DNA from: Amoebidium appalachense
Lineage: Eukaryota > Protista > Ichthyosporea
Direction: 5' to 3'
Assembly (NCBI GenBank): GCA_963693365.1
Contig: CAVNZM010000013.1
Span: 3,686,722 to 3,750,721 of the forward strand
Length of the DNA: 64,000 nt
Positions 51,238 to 64,000 of the stretch are shown here, in pieces. Made by a program: the position numbers and the translations under genes. The stretch's first letter is position 1, and each line of letters opens with the position of its first letter. The notes beneath the pieces were generated by a model. It was not told where the DNA came from and made no database searches. It worked only from the letters and a program-made list of their open reading frames with translations.

Positions 51238-51680
51238 ATGCCTAAATCAGCATCACCCACACATTCACCACCACGCAGCCCGCGTAGCCCTGCGCCAACC
51301 AGCCCGCTCCCAGGCAGACGTATTGCCGTCCCCCCTCCCCACGTGTGCGTCGCAAGCAACAGGAAGCAGAGGGACCAACATGGTTGTGGGTGGCCAAAAT
51401 TGTAGGAATGGGAGCTGTTGCGGCTGGAGCAGCCACGGCAACGTTTTTCGTTCTGTCTACAGCGGCAGTTATTGCATGGGCATTGTTATCATTGGCATTT
51501 GCAGTGTTCTTGATTATTAACATTGGGAATTATCTGTGGAATATGGCGAATGCAAAGTTTGGCACGGGGTTAAATGAGCTGGGCAAGGAAGAGAAGGGCG
51601 AGGAGAAGAAAGCGACTAATGGGTTAAAGGCAAACGGCAAGCCTGTTCCTGTTATCAAAGAGCCTCTGAAGGTGGACTAA
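51238..51680 (+). CDS. Putative small membrane protein with a long (~45 aa) hydrophobic segment; apparent 1-nt frameshift in a C-run near 51330-51340
   Basis: ATG at 51238 gives MPKSASPTHSPPRSPRSPAPTSPLPGRRIAVPPP. The frame from 51345 gives VRRKQQEAEGPTWLWVAKIVGMGAVAAGAATATFFVLSTAAVIAWALLSLAFAVFLIINIGNYLW...EPLKVD*. The sequence is non-repetitive and coding-like, with a candidate acceptor TTTTTGCAG at 51066. Confidence 0.5.
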
Positions 51681-51903
51681 TAATAAGAGAGTGCAGCTCC
51701 TATGTGTATACATGCCGGAATGACAGTGTGTTCTGTAGACTTGATGGAATTTTTTCGCAACCCCGCTGTTTTAGACACAGTCTGATACACAGACTTGCCA
51801 AGTGTAATACAAGTCCCAATCTGTGTCACCTTCCGTCCCCCCCACCCCCCTCTCCCCCCTCTTCCCCCTCTCCCCCCGCCGCGCACGTACACACACGCGC
51901 GCG

Positions 51904-51963
<60 letters not shown>

Positions 51964-54086
51964 GATGGATAATTGGGGAGTGGGGGGGTCTGTCTGCTGC
52001 AAGTTGCGGTATGATCATTTATGTAGTTAGCTTCCAATAGTTATTTTTTATTTTAGATGTGCTTTTAGATTAGTAACATTGTGTATGTCTTGCAGGCATG
52101 TGATTCGGTGGCTCGTTTCACTGTAAGCTATTTTTCAGCGTATGTATGCTTCAGGTGCAATTAGCTGATGTGTTTAACACTTTATACTATTGTTGTGCTT
52201 ATATTTATTTACTTAGCTGTTCACTATGCCGCGTGGCGGTGTGTACTAGATAAAAGGAATACAAGTAAATACTTGGTGTTTTTTGTAAAAGGTCTGGAAG
52301 CCTTTGGTAGCATGGTATTCAGGCTCGTATGTTTTTGGTAGGCTGGTTCGAGAGTTGTGTGTTACCTGTATGACCATCAATTGTGCAATCTTATTTTGCA
52401 GCTGCAGGCTGACTATCACACCTATTAAATGTTGTTTTTACAACCTGCCCCCCCCCCCCCCCCCCCCCCCCCTCTCCCCCTCCCCCCGTAAACATAATCT
52501 TATCAGAGCACCAATCATGATGCGTAAGTTACGCTTGGCTAGGCTAAGCGCACCATAATAGTTTTGATAAAACAATAAAAAAAAGCAGGAATATCGCAAA
52601 ATCGAAAAAAAATGTGTATAGACCAATTATTTTCGCGCGATCGCACGATTAGCCAAATATAGAAATTTAAGCGGGAAGTTTTGCGCGCCAAAAACAAAGT
52701 TTTTAAGACAATAAAAAAAAGTAGGAATATAACATAATATGAAACAAACCACTTATGAAGTCGGGTTAGCAAACATATTATATGACTGCCGGTATACACC
52801 GGATCATATACATGATGATCCTTATGAATAATCAGGGGGAAACGCCCGTTATGCTTTCATAGAAATAGAAGTGGTCATATATGGCAGCCTGACGCGACAA
52901 AAGCTACGATATTCCGAAATATACTCACATGGCATAAGTTCCGAGGGAGTCACTGCACAGATGTATATTTTTGATATGTTTGCCGCGGCCTTGCGTGTCA
53001 TTGAGTGCGCCCCCACAACCCACATACGCACACTCAGTGCGCGCGCACGTGCGTGTAAGTTTACGTACATGTGAGGGGTCACGTCAGGCGACATCACGGT
53101 GAATGCGCGGTGCGGTTAGCACCGTGATGCCCGGCACCTGCGCACATATGTACACACAGTGTCACACACAAAGAGAGGGGACTCGATAATTTGATAAATA
53201 CACACACACCAATAAGCACACAAGCGCTAGCACATAGGGGTCACCGCAAGTTGCATATATTTGCATATATTTCGTCAGACAAGTTTGGGCCACGCCAGCT
53301 AACCAACAAATTTTTAAACACCGATCGATGGGGCAACGGAACTGGTAACACAGAAGATCTTGTGTGTGGCTCAAACTTGTCTGACTGTCTGCGCAAAGAC
53401 TGGAGGCTAGCTTGGGGGGGGGGGGGGGGGGGGGGGAGCAATGACGCATATTATTATCAGGAGCTGGGTGGCAAATCCACAAGCAAAGACACACTACCAA
53501 AAAAAGGCCCTGCAGCTGTTTGAAGAGAAAAAGGCCTTGAAAAGAGACGGAAAAGGGACCCGCGGGAGCTCGATCGAGAGAGAGAGAGAGGAAAAAAGAA
53601 CGTAAGACATTCTAAATACAAAGGACCCCCCCCCCCCCCCCCTCGAGCTACCCCCCCCGACCCCCCCCCACTCGGGGGACATCGACCCAAGTTGCAGAGG
53701 TTCACACCTACACCTTCCCCAAAGGGGGGGGGGGGGGGGGAGAGCGGTTGGCCTCGAAACCTGCAGTACTAGTTGTGCATCATGTCCGGATCCCGGGATG
53801 ATTGCATAGAGATGAATTTATATTAGCACACCTTGCAAGGAGGTGTCACCAGATTTCGAAGAGACGAAGACACTGTAATGTTCGGCCAAAATAGGATTGT
53901 AGGAAACAGTGACTGTAGGTGCGACGGTTGCGCATGCACATGCATCGTGTTTAACGGACCGTTAAAATTTGTTTTTTACCGTGGTAGACCGAGTGTCACG
54001 TGTTATATTCAATATACACGTAGGTCTCAGTGTGGATAAGATTATTATGATCCACGTCGCGGTGTCACCGTCCTCACCCTTCCCCA

Positions 54087-54132
<46 letters not shown>

Positions 54133-54541
54133 AAACAAAAAAAAACGAAGAAAAAGGTAAATGAAACGCATGGCATGTACTCTAGATGCACTGTGACGGC
54201 CGTATATACTCTCAAACACAGGCTTTACTCAACGACATGGTCAGGCCCTGCCATGCATATTGACCATTACGTCACTGACTGTCATAGGTTGCCTTGCAAC
54301 CACACCTCTACCATATATGGCAAGTACGAACCGTAAACCCTGGATCCATGCTTTAGGGTTCCTATCCGGGAAATTCTGTAGCAACTGCATGATACTATTG
54401 CTAGATATGAACATGTGGAGTCGTGCACAGGTGAAAATTATGGTGGCCAGACTTGTCCTCTAATGAATTTAGAGGTGTATGAACACAGACCACTCGGCTG
54501 ATTTGAACCAACCTTCATACATTCTTTAAGGCACAACTTAC

Positions 54542-54628
<87 letters not shown>

Positions 54629-54922
54629 ACCCCTTTTTCCGGACCCCGCCACCACCACCAGATACACATCAAAAGACAAACACCGCAAGAAAAATGATGT
54701 GCATAAAAGCGTATGTATACATAAGAAGTGTTCCAATGGCCCGGCAGTGTTAAACATAAAGAATGATAAAACAAAATCCGCCAACCAGAATTCCTCTACC
54801 GGAAACAGCAATCACATTCAGCATCATATAGCCCCTACACCCCCCACACCATACATACATCAGCCACTCATACAACCAGGTCACATGCAATATCACGTGG
54901 CTACCCAGCAACCAGCAACCAA

Positions 54923-63740
<8,818 letters not shown>

Positions 63741-63743
63741 CTG

Positions 63744-63960
63744 ATTGGGTGGTTGGTTAGAAATTAATAATTTTATAAGAAGCGTGTGATGATTGGGTGA
63801 AAGTCACATAGAGGTGTTGGCGAATGGTGAAGCGAAAATGCGACAAGGTGAAAGTTCATTGGGTGGTTGGTTAGAATTTGTGTGATGATTGCATGAAAGT
63901 CACTTCAAAGTGTTGGTGAATGTTGACGGGAATTTGTGATGTGACAAGGCGCACATTCAG
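63744..63960. repeat. Diverged tandem duplication (~115 bp) at a UTP14 intron 3' end
   Basis: ATTGGGTGGTTGGTTAGAA...GTGTGATGATTG..TGAAAGTCAC...GTGTTGG.GAATG occurs at ~63744 and ~63858. Confidence 0.75.
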
Positions 63961-64000
63961 TAATGGGAGTCGATGTGTTCTACTAGATAAGGGGGGGGGG

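Overview
This is a eukaryotic genomic window, probably from a unicellular opisthokont-like organism (inference; the species cannot be determined). It is dominated by (GT)n/(CA)n, (CCAC)n and (GA)n microsatellites and by very many poly-G/poly-C runs, so nearly all long ORFs in the six-frame track are repeat artefacts. By manually splicing GT-AG exons I reconstructed four conserved genes: NDUFS5-like complex I subunit (+, 2071-5783), a kexin/furin-family proprotein convertase (-, ~22429-33917), PP1 catalytic subunit (-, 42126-49145) and the 3' part of UTP14 (-, 54923 to beyond 63740). A small hydrophobic membrane-protein ORF lies at ~51238-51680 (+). Non-coding structure includes a 6.6-kb two-unit satellite with an internal orientation switch (12863-19487), several non-autonomous TIR elements (Harbinger-like with ACT TSD, TGT..ACA element with 5-bp TSD, CATAGA-ended element, 49-bp hairpin with 8-bp TSD) and a dispersed intronic repeat always oriented sense to its host gene. 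The most interesting signals are introns bracketed by complementary (GT)n...(AC)n tracts without a polypyrimidine tract, the orientation-locked intronic element, repeated duplication of intron 3' ends and the inverted satellite.
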